From positions 64,001 to 128,000 of the IMG/VR virus record IMGVR_UViG_3300047560_001714: a DNA stretch of 64,000 nt; one strand, 5' to 3'. The stretch is from a virus. Below, one piece after another: positions 7,802 through 15,900 of the stretch (positions are counted from its first letter, which is position 1; every line of letters starts with the position of its first letter). Under the pieces are notes generated by a model. That model did no database searches and had not been told where the DNA came from. It saw only the letters and a program-made list of their open reading frames with translations. The position numbers were made by a program, and so were the translations under genes.

Positions 7802-8563
7802 ATGATAACACTACTTAATATATATAAACAATCACTGTTAATGGCTAAACTAAGTTCATTGGCATATAATACTGACCAATCATTCAAAGATCTCGGATAT
7901 GATAGTAAGTATATATTTAGGAAAGGTTCCGAAGCATATGTTTTGTGGGATAACGACGATTTTATTATAGTTTGTCGTGGTACACAACCAAATAAGTTTG
8001 AAGACATTATAGCTGATATTAGACTCAATTTGGTACCTAGCTATTCTAACCGTGGTAGAGCGCACGCCGGATTTAAACACAGCGTCGATCTATTGTGGCC
8101 AGAACTGGAAAAACTTATTATTAAGTATGGTTCAAACAGAAAAATCTGGTGTACTGGACACAGTCTAGGTGCAGCAATGGCAACATTGATTACAGCAAGG
8201 TTGCCATTATTAAAGACCACTACCCCAACATTATTTACATTTGGTAGCCCTCGTGTTGGCGATGCTGATTTACACGATTATCTAATCGAGTTAGGTGTTG
8301 AACATCATAGATGGGTCAATAATGCGGATATGGTTACACGTAACCCAGTATTCCCATATCGTCATCACGGTATACTATATTATATGAATCATCATGGTGA
8401 ACTTGCCACGATGAGTATAATTAGAACCGCGATTGATAGAATTAAAGGTTTCATTACTGGTATTAAGAAAGGAAAAGTAAATTTCTTTGTTAATCACTTC
8501 ATTGAAAATTATATTAACAACATAGAAAAAATGGTTGATGATGAAAAAAATAGCAATTCCTAA
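7802..8563 (+). CDS. Lipase class 3 family
   Basis: CRGT, TGHSLG nucleophile elbow, FGSPRVG. Confidence 0.92.
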   Translation: MITLLNIYKQSLLMAKLSSLAYNTDQSFKDLGYDSKYIFRKGSEAYVLWDNDDFIIVCRGTQPNKFEDIIADIRLNLVPSYSNRGRAHAGFKHSVDLLWPELEKLIIKYGSNRKIWCTGHSLGAAMATLITARLPLLKTTTPTLFTFGSPRVGDADLHDYLIELGVEHHRWVNNADMVTRNPVFPYRHHGILYYMNHHGELATMSIIRTAIDRIKGFITGIKKGKVNFFVNHFIENYINNIEKMVDDEKNSNS

Positions 8564-8816
8564 TTTTACGGATGATGAATCCGACCCTTTCTGGTGGGAT
8601 AAATTTGCGTCAGACATCGGGTATCTTGACATACAGGAATACCAATATGATGAATATGCAAAAATATTAACGAATAAAGCCAATAACATATTATTAGAAT
8701 ATAATGCCACATTTGAGTTATCACTAATGGCCGATCCAAGTGCTATTTGTGATTATGCAGTTATTACCTTTAAAGATGAAGCAAAGTATAATTGGTTTTT
8801 ACTAAAATACACATAA
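8535..8816 (+). CDS. Small phage hypothetical protein
   Basis: C-terminal F.DE..Y.WFLLKY pattern; overlaps neighbouring genes. Confidence 0.55.
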   Translation: MMMKKIAIPNFTDDESDPFWWDKFASDIGYLDIQEYQYDEYAKILTNKANNILLEYNATFELSLMADPSAICDYAVITFKDEAKYNWFLLKYT

Positions 8817-9490
8817 TGCGGTCGGATGAATATAAAAATAAAATAATAAATAACCTTTCATCACCGTATAGGATTGATAATTTTATAACAGAAACTGAGC
8901 GTAATTTATTAAAAGACTATTTTAACGATAGTTCACATAAAATAATTAAAAATACTGGACCTATTGTACTACATCTATCTGAATATGATTACCAGAATGA
9001 AGTACTGTATGGTATAAAAACTAGAGTTGAGCAATTATTAAATTCATCTGTATATTTTGGGCATTTTTTCTATACGAATCGACCACATATAATTCATAAT
9101 GATGATAGTTTAAGTATCAACGTGCCGTATAAAGGTATAAACATACCAATCGAAACGTGTGAGGAAACATCATTGTGTATTTTTGATCAATTCTACCTAG
9201 ATGGCCCATGTAAATTTTTTAATGGGTCAACTGATATACCAACCTATCATAATTTACAAAAATATGAATATTCTGGTGTTCAAGGATTGGTCGATGGTGA
9301 TTTTGATGAAAGTTTTCGTATAAAACATTTAAACCATTTAGAACCATCATGGTTACAAGGGCTTTCTATAAAAGAAATGATTCAGCAAACCATGAATTGT
9401 GGTATAGTATTTGATACAGTAAACTTACACTGTTCAACAAATTTTAAACAATCCAAACTTGGATTAAGTTTTTTTACACATTTGATATGA
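8816..9490 (+). CDS. Hypothetical, possibly 2OG-Fe(II) oxygenase-like
   Basis: IHND and distal LHC motifs. Confidence 0.5.
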   Translation: MRSDEYKNKIINNLSSPYRIDNFITETERNLLKDYFNDSSHKIIKNTGPIVLHLSEYDYQNEVLYGIKTRVEQLLNSSVYFGHFFYTNRPHIIHNDDSLSINVPYKGINIPIETCEETSLCIFDQFYLDGPCKFFNGSTDIPTYHNLQKYEYSGVQGLVDGDFDESFRIKHLNHLEPSWLQGLSIKEMIQQTMNCGIVFDTVNLHCSTNFKQSKLGLSFFTHLI

Positions 9491-10026
9491 TCAACAAAGA
9501 TGCGTTCTCGAATGGCCAAATTGATAGTAAACTATGGTTATGCCAAGAATTAGAAAATTTAGAATGGACGTCAGAACTAACGCAAATATACGGTGGATGG
9601 TATGGAATTACCGCATTTTTATTATTAAGTCGTGAAAAATTCAAAGTAACGCGCATAGAAAGTTATGATATTGACCCATCGTGTCAGGTTATTGCTGATA
9701 TGATTAATGAAAATTGGGTATTTAAAAATTGGCAATTTAAAGCACATACCGCTGATTGTAATAATATATTAACACAGCCAGATTTAATTATTAATACCTC
9801 AACTGAACATTTTGATGAAATGGACTGGTTTCATAACATAAAACCAGGTACACGAGTGATATTACAAGGCAACAATATGCCACATGACGATCACTTTATA
9901 CACAGTCAATCACTTAAAATGTTTATTGACAACTACCCATTAACTAGTATATACTATACTGGTGAATTAGATTTTAAATACCCATCTTGGGGATTCACTA
10001 GATACATGATTATCGGTGTGAAATAA
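9487..10026 (+). CDS. SAM-dependent methyltransferase-like protein
   Basis: YGGWYG motif I, SYDID, INTSTEH. Confidence 0.65.
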   Translation: MINKDAFSNGQIDSKLWLCQELENLEWTSELTQIYGGWYGITAFLLLSREKFKVTRIESYDIDPSCQVIADMINENWVFKNWQFKAHTADCNNILTQPDLIINTSTEHFDEMDWFHNIKPGTRVILQGNNMPHDDHFIHSQSLKMFIDNYPLTSIYYTGELDFKYPSWGFTRYMIIGVK

Positions 10027-10046
10027 TCATATCACTAAATATTGTT

Positions 10047-10502
10047 ATGTTAAATATATACACAAAAGAATTGATGGGTAGTTTTAAAAATATTAATGAT
10101 AAGATTGACAAATTAAACGAAATTGGTGTAACATATACACGGATTGATCTTGATGGTAGTTACATTGGTGAAATAAAGTTCTTGCATAATGTTCCTTATC
10201 ATGATACAATATCTGTAAATGAAAATACTGAGAATTATCCAGAATTAAGAAACAAGTTTAAACGTGAACATACTCATGATGACTTTGAAATGAGATTATT
10301 CACACACGGTACAGCATCTTTTTTCATAAATGCTAATGATTTAGTTTATGAATTAGTTGTTGGACCAGCTGATTTAATCAGTATACCAGCTAATACCAAA
10401 CATTGGTTCGATGCTGGTGACAACCCAGACTTTTCGGCAATTAGGTTTTTTACAGACGAAGATGGATGGATTGCAAAATATACTGATGAAAAAAATGCTT
10501 GA
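10047..10502 (+). CDS. mtnD: Acireductone dioxygenase (methionine salvage)
   Basis: EHTH.D.E metal motif, GPADLISIPANTKHWF, IRFFTDEDGW. Confidence 0.85.
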   Translation: MLNIYTKELMGSFKNINDKIDKLNEIGVTYTRIDLDGSYIGEIKFLHNVPYHDTISVNENTENYPELRNKFKREHTHDDFEMRLFTHGTASFFINANDLVYELVVGPADLISIPANTKHWFDAGDNPDFSAIRFFTDEDGWIAKYTDEKNA

Positions 10503-10527
10503 CAAGTTAAAAAGATAAGTGTATAAT
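10499..10527 (+). promoter_or_regulatory. sigma70 promoter for tRNA/ncRNA operon
   Basis: TTGACA-17nt-TATAAT. Confidence 0.8.
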
Positions 10528-10544
10528 TTGTCACATATTGAAAC

Positions 10545-10556
10545 AGTTCTTTAACA
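10545..10556 (+). promoter_or_regulatory. rrn-type boxA antitermination-like site
   Basis: AGTTCTTTAACA, 10/12 match to E. coli TGCTCTTTAACA, in the transcript leader. Confidence 0.5.
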
Positions 10557-10562
10557 AATTAT

Positions 10563-10639
<77 letters not shown>

Positions 10640-10643
10640 ATAT

Positions 10644-10775
10644 AGGATCTTAACAGCATATTCTATTTGCCTTCTAAGCACGAGATGTGGGTTCGAATCC
10701 CACACGTAATTTGCGGACTAATGTAGCAAATAACGTTAGCTTAACGGGATAGAGCACGATAAAAATAAGATCCTG
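10644..10775 (+). ncRNA. CAGCA-stem element E5: circularly permuted tRNA-Arg(TCT)-like body
   Basis: AGGATCT|TAACAGCAT, TGC-CTTCTAA-GCA, T-arm GTGGGTTCGAATCCCAC, closed acceptor hairpin, D-arm TAGCTTAACGGGATAGAGC, AGATCCT|G. Confidence 0.75.
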
Positions 10776-10783
10776 ACCCTTAT

Positions 10784-10900
10784 AGGTTTCTAACAGCAAG
10801 TATTATGGGGATCGGAAATGGTAGGTTCGAGTCCTACTATGCAGTCGTATGATTGCATAAGGGCTACGGGTGGTGCCGCCGATTATAAAAATGAAACCTG
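10784..10900 (+). ncRNA. CAGCA-stem element E6: YrlA-like (T-arm, closed acceptor, D-arm)
   Basis: AGGTTTC|TAACAGCAA, ATCGG/CCGAT, GTAGGTTCGAGTCCTAC, TATGCAGTC-GTAT-GATTGCATA, GAAACCT|G. Confidence 0.75.
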
Positions 10901-10909
10901 TTAATTTTA

Positions 10910-11025
10910 TGAATGCTAACAGCAATTTAATAACACCTGACGTGTCGTGAGTTCGAATCTCACCGTGTAAGTAATTACACGTAGCTCAGTTGGTAGAGCA
11001 TCTGGCCATAAAAAAATGCATTCAG
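10910..11025 (+). ncRNA. CAGCA-stem element E7: YrlA-like (T-arm, closed acceptor, D-arm)
   Basis: TGAATGC|TAACAGCAA, GTGAGTTCGAATCTCAC, CGTGTAA-GTAA-TTACACG, TAGCTCAGTTGGTAGAGCA, GCATTCA|G. Confidence 0.8.
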
Positions 11026-11034
11026 TATATATTT

Positions 11035-11096
11035 TGGTTGTTTTCAGCAATTTTAAAGATTCGATTTCTTATTTTTCCCAGGTGGGATACAACCAG
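11035..11096 (+). ncRNA. CAGCA-stem element E8 (T-loop-like hairpin)
   Basis: TGGTTGT|TTTCAGCAA...AAGA-TTCGATT-TCTT...ACAACCA|G. Confidence 0.6.
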
Positions 11097-11343
11097 TAAC
11101 TTTTGACTTTTGGTAACACTATGTTTATACTTATTACTGCTGAATCAATTATATTATTATTAACAATATACTTTGGTTGGCGTATTTGGACAAAGATTTC
11201 AAACAAAATTACGGAGTTTTTCAAATGACTACTGATACATCGGATGATGAAGCTGTTTTAACAATGGACCCCGAAACTTTTGCAAAACTGTTTCGAGATG
11301 AACTTGAAAAGCTTAAACAAAAGCAGAACGACGCACAATAATT

Positions 11344-11430
11344 GGAAGGTTGCCAGAATGGTATTGGAGCGGATTGCTAATCCGTCAACGGGAAACCGTT
11401 GTATAGGTTCGAACCCTATACCTTCCGCCA
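11344..11430 (+). tRNA. tRNA-Ser(GCT)
   Basis: GCGGA-TTGCTAA-TCCGT; long variable arm; CCA. Confidence 0.93.
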
Positions 11431-11443
11431 ATTACCTATAAAT

Positions 11444-11510
11444 TGGATACATACAGCATATTTAAAATCACTGCAAATGACCTTTCCGGGTGATAACCGG
11501 AGGTATCCAG
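11444..11510 (+). ncRNA. CAGCA-stem element E9 with Cys(GCA) and Ile(GAT)-like anticodon hairpins
   Basis: TGGATAC|ATACAGCAT...TCA-CTGCAAA-TGA...TCCGG-GTGATAA-CCGGA...GTATCCA|G. Confidence 0.7.
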
Positions 11511-11532
11511 ATTAAATTTTAAGGAGACATTT

Positions 11533-11760
11533 ATGAGAATAGTAGTCCCAGCGTACCACGTACCAGTTGTTGCAAATTATATTTCAAGAGCACCATATGT
11601 AATTTGCCCAAAAGATGCGTTGGTATTAAATCGTTATGATGTTGGAACACAAAAAGAAACTGCTGATGTATTATTCTATACATTATATGCAGGTGGTGGG
11701 ATACATATGCATCGCGTTAAAGATGTGTCTGAAATAAACACAATAAACGTATACGCATAA
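11533..11760 (+). CDS. Hypothetical protein
   Basis: AAGGAG Shine-Dalgarno. Confidence 0.6.
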   Translation: MRIVVPAYHVPVVANYISRAPYVICPKDALVLNRYDVGTQKETADVLFYTLYAGGGIHMHRVKDVSEINTINVYA

Positions 11761-11784
11761 AAATTTAACAATAAAAAATAATAT

Positions 11785-11859
11785 TCCCTAATAGCTCAGT
11801 GGTAGAGCAGACGGCTGTTAACCGTCCGGTCGGTGGTTCGAGCCCATCTTAGGGAGCCA
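11785..11859 (+). tRNA. tRNA-Asn(GTT)
   Basis: GACGG-CTGTTAA-CCGTC; CCA. Confidence 0.95.
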
Positions 11860-11883
11860 ATTTAACATTAAAAAGGAAATGCT

Positions 11884-12036
11884 ATGAGCAATTGGCACGG
11901 TGGAAAGGGTTCTAAACAACGACCCTTTGATAGACAAAAATTTTCAGACAACTGGGACGCTATCTTTAAAAAAACCCCAGATAACGTCCAAGAAAATAAA
12001 CCAAACCAAGAAAAAGATGACAATGAAAAAAAATAA
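11884..12036 (+). CDS. Small phage protein (GGKGS..RP...NWD.IF type)
   Basis: AAGGA Shine-Dalgarno; 50 aa MSNWHGGKGSKQRPFDRQKFSDNWDAIFKK... Confidence 0.65.
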   Translation: MSNWHGGKGSKQRPFDRQKFSDNWDAIFKKTPDNVQENKPNQEKDDNEKK

Positions 12037-13540
12037 AATAGTAATTGTCGGGGGCGGTTCAGCTGGATGGATTACGTTATCATATTTATCAGCAACCACC
12101 GACGCTGAACTAGTATTAATCCACTCAAATGAAATCGATTCTATTGGAGTTGGCGAAAGCACAACACCAACTATTAAACATATTGCGGAAACCGTTGGCG
12201 TACCGGAATACGAATGGATGAAACAATCCAAAGCAACATTTAAATACGGTGTTGATTTCCATGACTTTAACAGTTTAGGTTCACGATGGGTACATACCTT
12301 TGATGATATGATACCACATCAGGCATTTACTAGACCATTATGCGATAATGGTAAAGAAGAATTTAAACGTGATTTGACTAGTGTTGATTATTTTTTACAT
12401 CATTATGGTAAAGATGTTTCATTATTTAACGAAACCCATGGACCACAAGAATACTTGATAAAAAATAAATTAAGTCCATTTAATAAAAATGGAATTAACA
12501 ATATAAACAAATTTCCAGGATATGGGTATCATGTTAATGCATTTGAATTTGGAAAATGTTTAAAAAATCACGTACCAGAAACCCGATATGAAGAAATAAA
12601 CGCAACCATAATTGAAGTTGTAGAAAATAATGATGGTATTGAGTACGTTGTATTAGACACTGGTGAAAAAATCTATGGTGATATATTCTTTGATTGCTCT
12701 GGGTTTACTAGGGTACTTATGAAAAATCTATCAACCTGGGATTCATATACTGAATTAGTAAATGACCGTGCAATATGGGGTGAAATTCATAATGTTACCT
12801 CAGACGAACCAGTTACGGGTGTATATGCGCAAGAATCAGGATGGATATGGACTATCCCAACATGGAACCAAATTGGTTCTGGGTATGTATATTCTAATAA
12901 ATTTAGTTCTGATGAACGGGCCGAAGAAGTAATTACAGACTTTTGGCGTGAACGTGGTTACAAATTTGTTAAAAGAAAACAAGTTGCGTTTGACGCCGGA
13001 AGATTAAACAATGTTACATTTAAAAATGTAATTAGCAATGGATTGGCCCAAAGTTTTATAGAACCATTGGAAGCCACCAGCTTAATGATTACGTGCGTAA
13101 CAGTACGCAGTTTTAGTGATTTATACAATAAGCATAAAATATGGAGTGCAAAAACTAGTTCAATTCATGATCGAATAATGAAACGGTTTATTGACCATAC
13201 TAAAAAGTTTGTTCTATATCATTATAGACTATCTGAAAGAATAGATACACCATATTGGCGGTCAGTTGGTAACGATCCAACCGCAGTGCAAGAGGTATCT
13301 GATTATATAGATATTTTGGCATCAAGTAAATGGGTTGGCAAAGGGGATACCCTATTGAATCAATGGAACTGGGTAAGTATGCTCCTTGGCTTTAATAAAA
13401 AATATACTAATAAATTAAAATCAGATGTTGACATTGACGATTATTTATTATATAATAAAACCTTAATTTATCATTACCAGTCATTAGTTGGTCAAAATAT
13501 TCCAATACTTGATTTGTTAAATAAAATTAATAATACTTGA
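12017..13540 (+). CDS. Tryptophan halogenase-like flavin-dependent enzyme
   Basis: GGGSAGW, GVGEST, DCSGF, GWIWTIP, FIEPLEATS; true start at 12017 or 12023. Confidence 0.88.
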   Translation: MTMKKNKIVIVGGGSAGWITLSYLSATTDAELVLIHSNEIDSIGVGESTTPTIKHIAETVGVPEYEWMKQSKATFKYGVDFHDFNSLGSRWVHTFDDMIPHQAFTRPLCDNGKEEFKRDLTSVDYFLHHYGKDVSLFNETHGPQEYLIKNKLSPFNKNGINNINKFPGYGYHVNAFEFGKCLKNHVPETRYEEINATIIEVVENNDGIEYVVLDTGEKIYGDIFFDCSGFTRVLMKNLSTWDSYTELVNDRAIWGEIHNVTSDEPVTGVYAQESGWIWTIPTWNQIGSGYVYSNKFSSDERAEEVITDFWRERGYKFVKRKQVAFDAGRLNNVTFKNVISNGLAQSFIEPLEATSLMITCVTVRSFSDLYNKHKIWSAKTSSIHDRIMKRFIDHTKKFVLYHYRLSERIDTPYWRSVGNDPTAVQEVSDYIDILASSKWVGKGDTLLNQWNWVSMLLGFNKKYTNKLKSDVDIDDYLLYNKTLIYHYQSLVGQNIPILDLLNKINNT

Positions 13541-13565
13541 CATTATAAATAAATACTGATATAAT
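13537..13565 (+). promoter_or_regulatory. sigma70 promoter
   Basis: TTGACA-17nt-TATAAT. Confidence 0.75.
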
Positions 13566-13576
13566 AGGTACATAAA

Positions 13577-13765
13577 ATGACAGTAGCTAGTAAAGCAAAC
13601 CGAAAAGCGAATCCGCTTAAAACTAAAAATGACAAAACACGTATTAACGTGTTAAGTGACAAACAGTTAGTATTAGCATTAGAAAAAGCAACACGCGGCC
13701 GTGATAAATCAAAAATCAGAAGTCGTATTGCATTTAAACTTAAAAATCATTCACAACAACCCTAG
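13577..13765 (+). CDS. Small basic hypothetical protein
   Basis: ORF directly after promoter. Confidence 0.6.
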   Translation: MTVASKANRKANPLKTKNDKTRINVLSDKQLVLALEKATRGRDKSKIRSRIAFKLKNHSQQP

Positions 13766-13774
13766 AGGTGTATT

Positions 13775-13921
13775 ATGGCAGTAGAAGTAAAAAAATGTAA
13801 TTGCAGTGGTTCACTAGCGGCTAAGTTCCAAGATAAAGAATATGGTCAAGGAATGCGCGTTATGAATCAAACCTTGAAAAAAGAATACAATTGTACAGTT
13901 TGTGGTGCAAAACACAAATAG
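13775..13921 (+). CDS. Small Zn-binding protein (CxC...QD..YG.G.RV.N...CxxC)
   Basis: GAGG Shine-Dalgarno; 48 aa with CNC and CTVC. Confidence 0.65.
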   Translation: MAVEVKKCNCSGSLAAKFQDKEYGQGMRVMNQTLKKEYNCTVCGAKHK

Positions 13922-13934
13922 TTACACCTAATTT

Positions 13935-13990
13935 TGGATGCTAACAGCAATTACTTATAATTTCTTTTGGTGAAAATAAAATGCATCCAG
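13935..13990 (+). ncRNA. CAGCA-stem element E10 (Gln-TTG-like loop; duplicate of E3)
   Basis: TGGATGC|TAACAGCAA...TTTC-TTTTGGT-GAAA...GCATCCA|G. Confidence 0.7.
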
Positions 13991-14003
13991 CATAAATTAA
14001 TAT

Positions 14004-14079
14004 GCCACCGTAGCTCAATCGGTAGAGCGCCTCACTTGTAATGAGGATGTTGAGGGTTCGATTCCTTTCGGTGGCTCCA
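14004..14079 (+). tRNA. tRNA-Thr(TGT)
   Basis: CCTCA-CTTGTAA-TGAGG; CCA. Confidence 0.95.
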
Positions 14080-14102
14080 TTCACAATAACTTAAATGATC
14101 TT

Positions 14103-14309
14103 ATGACACCGGAACCAGACGATTTAGAAAACATTTTAAATAATCTTACTGATGACGATTTCGACAGCATCAACGAATCTATAAATTCTGACATTGACGA
14201 CGAGTTCGACGACGATGAGGAACTGTCGATTGAAGAAATGAAAGATATTTGGGGCGTAGACTTTGATGACGATGATTTAGACCCATTTGATATCCCTGGC
14301 GACAGGTGA
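14103..14309 (+). CDS. Very acidic small protein
   Basis: D/E-rich 68-aa ORF. Confidence 0.55.
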   Translation: MTPEPDDLENILNNLTDDDFDSINESINSDIDDEFDDDEELSIEEMKDIWGVDFDDDDLDPFDIPGDR

Positions 14310-14319
14310 TAACCACTTT

Positions 14320-14376
14320 TGGATACTTACAGCATATTAACTTCGACTTGAAACTTGAAAACAACTATGTATCCAG
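14320..14376 (+). ncRNA. CAGCA-stem element E11 with Ser(TGA)-like loop
   Basis: TGGATAC|TTACAGCAT...TTCGA-CTTGAAAC-TTGAA...GTATCCA|G. Confidence 0.65.
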
Positions 14377-14400
14377 AATTAAACATGTAGTGTAATCTGA

Positions 14401-14471
14401 GCGGGATTGGTATATAGGTTGTGCCTTAGCCTTCCAAGCTAATGAAACGAGTTCGACTCTCGTATCCCGCT
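14401..14471 (+). tRNA. tRNA-Gly(TCC), no encoded CCA
   Basis: TTAGC-CTTCCAA-GCTAA; U73; acceptor stem extended by flanking inverted repeat. Confidence 0.88.
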
Positions 14472-14498
14472 CAGATTACAATCCGTGTAACTCTTACA

Positions 14499-14688
14499 AG
14501 AATAGTTTCAGCAACATACTACAAATAACTTACTGGAAATGGTATTTTATCGTGGGTTTTAGCCCAACAAAACCGATGGAATATCTAGTGTTGGTAGAAT
14601 ACCAAATAGGCTAGTAGAATACTAGATAGGATCTGGTTGGGTAGACCGAGACTGACTGAAAACTAATTTCACCCAAAAAGCTATTCTG
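14499..14688 (+). ncRNA. CAGCA-stem element E12 (long, multi-hairpin)
   Basis: AGAATAG|TTTCAGCAA...CTATTCT|G; internal hairpins TTGGTA-GAA-TACCAA and CTAGTA-GAA-TACTAG. Confidence 0.6.
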
Positions 14689-14716
14689 TTTCCTTTAACC
14701 TTACAATGAGAAAAAT

Positions 14717-14989
14717 ATGTCTAATATTACAGCAAACCATATCTTAGTAGAAACGCTTGAACAAGCACAAGACTTACAACGCCAGTTATCGGAAGGCGCA
14801 TCATTCTCAGACTTAGCAAAATCTCACAGCAAATGTCCGAGTGGTACACGTGGCGGTGATTTAGGTTCATTTGGTAGAGGCCAAATGGTACCAGAATTTG
14901 AAAATGCCGCATTTGGCTTAGATGTCGGTGGGTTTAGTGAACCAGTACAAACACAATTTGGATACCATTTAATTAATCGCACCGCTTAA
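14717..14989 (+). CDS. ppiC: Parvulin-type peptidyl-prolyl isomerase
   Basis: HILV, F.DLAK.HS.CPSG..GGDLG, MVPEFE.AAF, TQFGYHLI. Confidence 0.93.
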   Translation: MSNITANHILVETLEQAQDLQRQLSEGASFSDLAKSHSKCPSGTRGGDLGSFGRGQMVPEFENAAFGLDVGGFSEPVQTQFGYHLINRTA

Positions 14990-14990
14990 T

Positions 14991-15278
14991 ATGGATTACA
15001 CTGTATTATATGATCGGGTTTTAATTAAACCGATTGAAGAAAACAAAACATTAAGTTCTGGTATTGTTTTAGTAGCAGAACAAAAAAGTACAACCACCAC
15101 TGGTACAGTAATTGCAATTGGTGATGGAAAACAGTATGATAATGGTAAGATAATCCCATTAACAGTCCAAGTTGATGATAATGTGTTATTCATGAAAAAT
15201 ACCGGTATCCCAACTAAATTAGATGGCGTTGAATATCTTATCTTGCGAGAATCAGAAATTCTTGGTATCATAGAATAA
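14991..15278 (+). CDS. groES: Co-chaperonin GroES
   Basis: LYDRVLIK, SGIVL, GTVIAIGDG, ILRESEILG. Confidence 0.93.
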   Translation: MDYTVLYDRVLIKPIEENKTLSSGIVLVAEQKSTTTTGTVIAIGDGKQYDNGKIIPLTVQVDDNVLFMKNTGIPTKLDGVEYLILRESEILGIIE

Positions 15279-15291
15279 AATATAGTATTAA

Positions 15292-15387
15292 AGGTTAATT
15301 TCCGCATACCATTTTTCTCCAGAGATGTACAAGACCCCATTGATCAGTGGTGAGATATGAAAAATCTCAAATATGATCATTAACCTG
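15292..15387 (+). ncRNA. CAGCA-stem element E13 (CCGCA variant) with Phe(GAA)-like loop
   Basis: AGGTTAA|TTTCCGCAT...TGAGAT-ATGAAAA-ATCTCA...TTAACCT|G. Confidence 0.6.
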
Positions 15388-15402
15388 ATTACCCATACCA
15401 AT

Positions 15403-15477
15403 GCACCAGTGACAGAATGGCTATGTAGCAGTCTGCAAAACTGTTTAATGCAGGTTCGACTCCTGTCTGGTGCTCCA
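15403..15477 (+). tRNA. tRNA-Cys(GCA)
   Basis: GCAGT-CTGCAAA-ACTGT; U73; CCA. Confidence 0.93.
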
Positions 15478-15508
15478 AATAAATATGTTATAAACTAGGA
15501 GTATTGAC

Positions 15509-15808
15509 ATGCATCACGAACGATTATCAGAATATGCTGTAATCAGAGATAAACTTTCAACCCGCCGGGCATTTTTATTACATCTCATCGATGAGGATTC
15601 ATATGAACTTGTTGGAATCGTAAACTTTGAAACCGGCGAATTCCAAACAGAAAATATCGTTGAACCGGAGCACGATTTAGATGATTACCCATTTCTTTAT
15701 ACTGTAAAGGATACAGATTGGTATTGTCATCCAGATGATCACGACGCAATGATTAAAAAATATGCGGAAGAAAGTCTTAAAGAAACATTTAAAAAATTAA
15801 ATATTTAA
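15509..15808 (+). CDS. Hypothetical protein
   Basis: AGGAG Shine-Dalgarno. Confidence 0.65.
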   Translation: MHHERLSEYAVIRDKLSTRRAFLLHLIDEDSYELVGIVNFETGEFQTENIVEPEHDLDDYPFLYTVKDTDWYCHPDDHDAMIKKYAEESLKETFKKLNI

Positions 15809-15814
15809 TTTTAC

Positions 15815-15842
15815 TTGACAACCGCCAAAAACCTGGTATAAT
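15815..15842 (+). promoter_or_regulatory. sigma70 promoter of the TROVE/Ro60-like gene
   Basis: TTGACA-16nt-TATAAT. Confidence 0.8.
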
Positions 15843-15851
15843 TACCCACAT

Positions 15852-15887
15852 AGATTAGATACAGCAACTATTTTTTACACTAAACTG
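15852..15887 (+). promoter_or_regulatory. Minimal CAGCA-stem element E14 in the 5' UTR of the TROVE gene (candidate autoregulatory site)
   Basis: AGATTAG|ATACAGCAA...CTAAACT|G (6/7 bp), immediately before Shine-Dalgarno AAGGTG. Confidence 0.65.
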
Positions 15888-15900
15888 AAAGGTGAATTAC

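Noticed and set aside
11900-12016. Track N-terminal extension of the halogenase
   Set aside because: Overlaps a better small ORF (11884..12036); the Rossmann motif begins just after ATG 12017/12023
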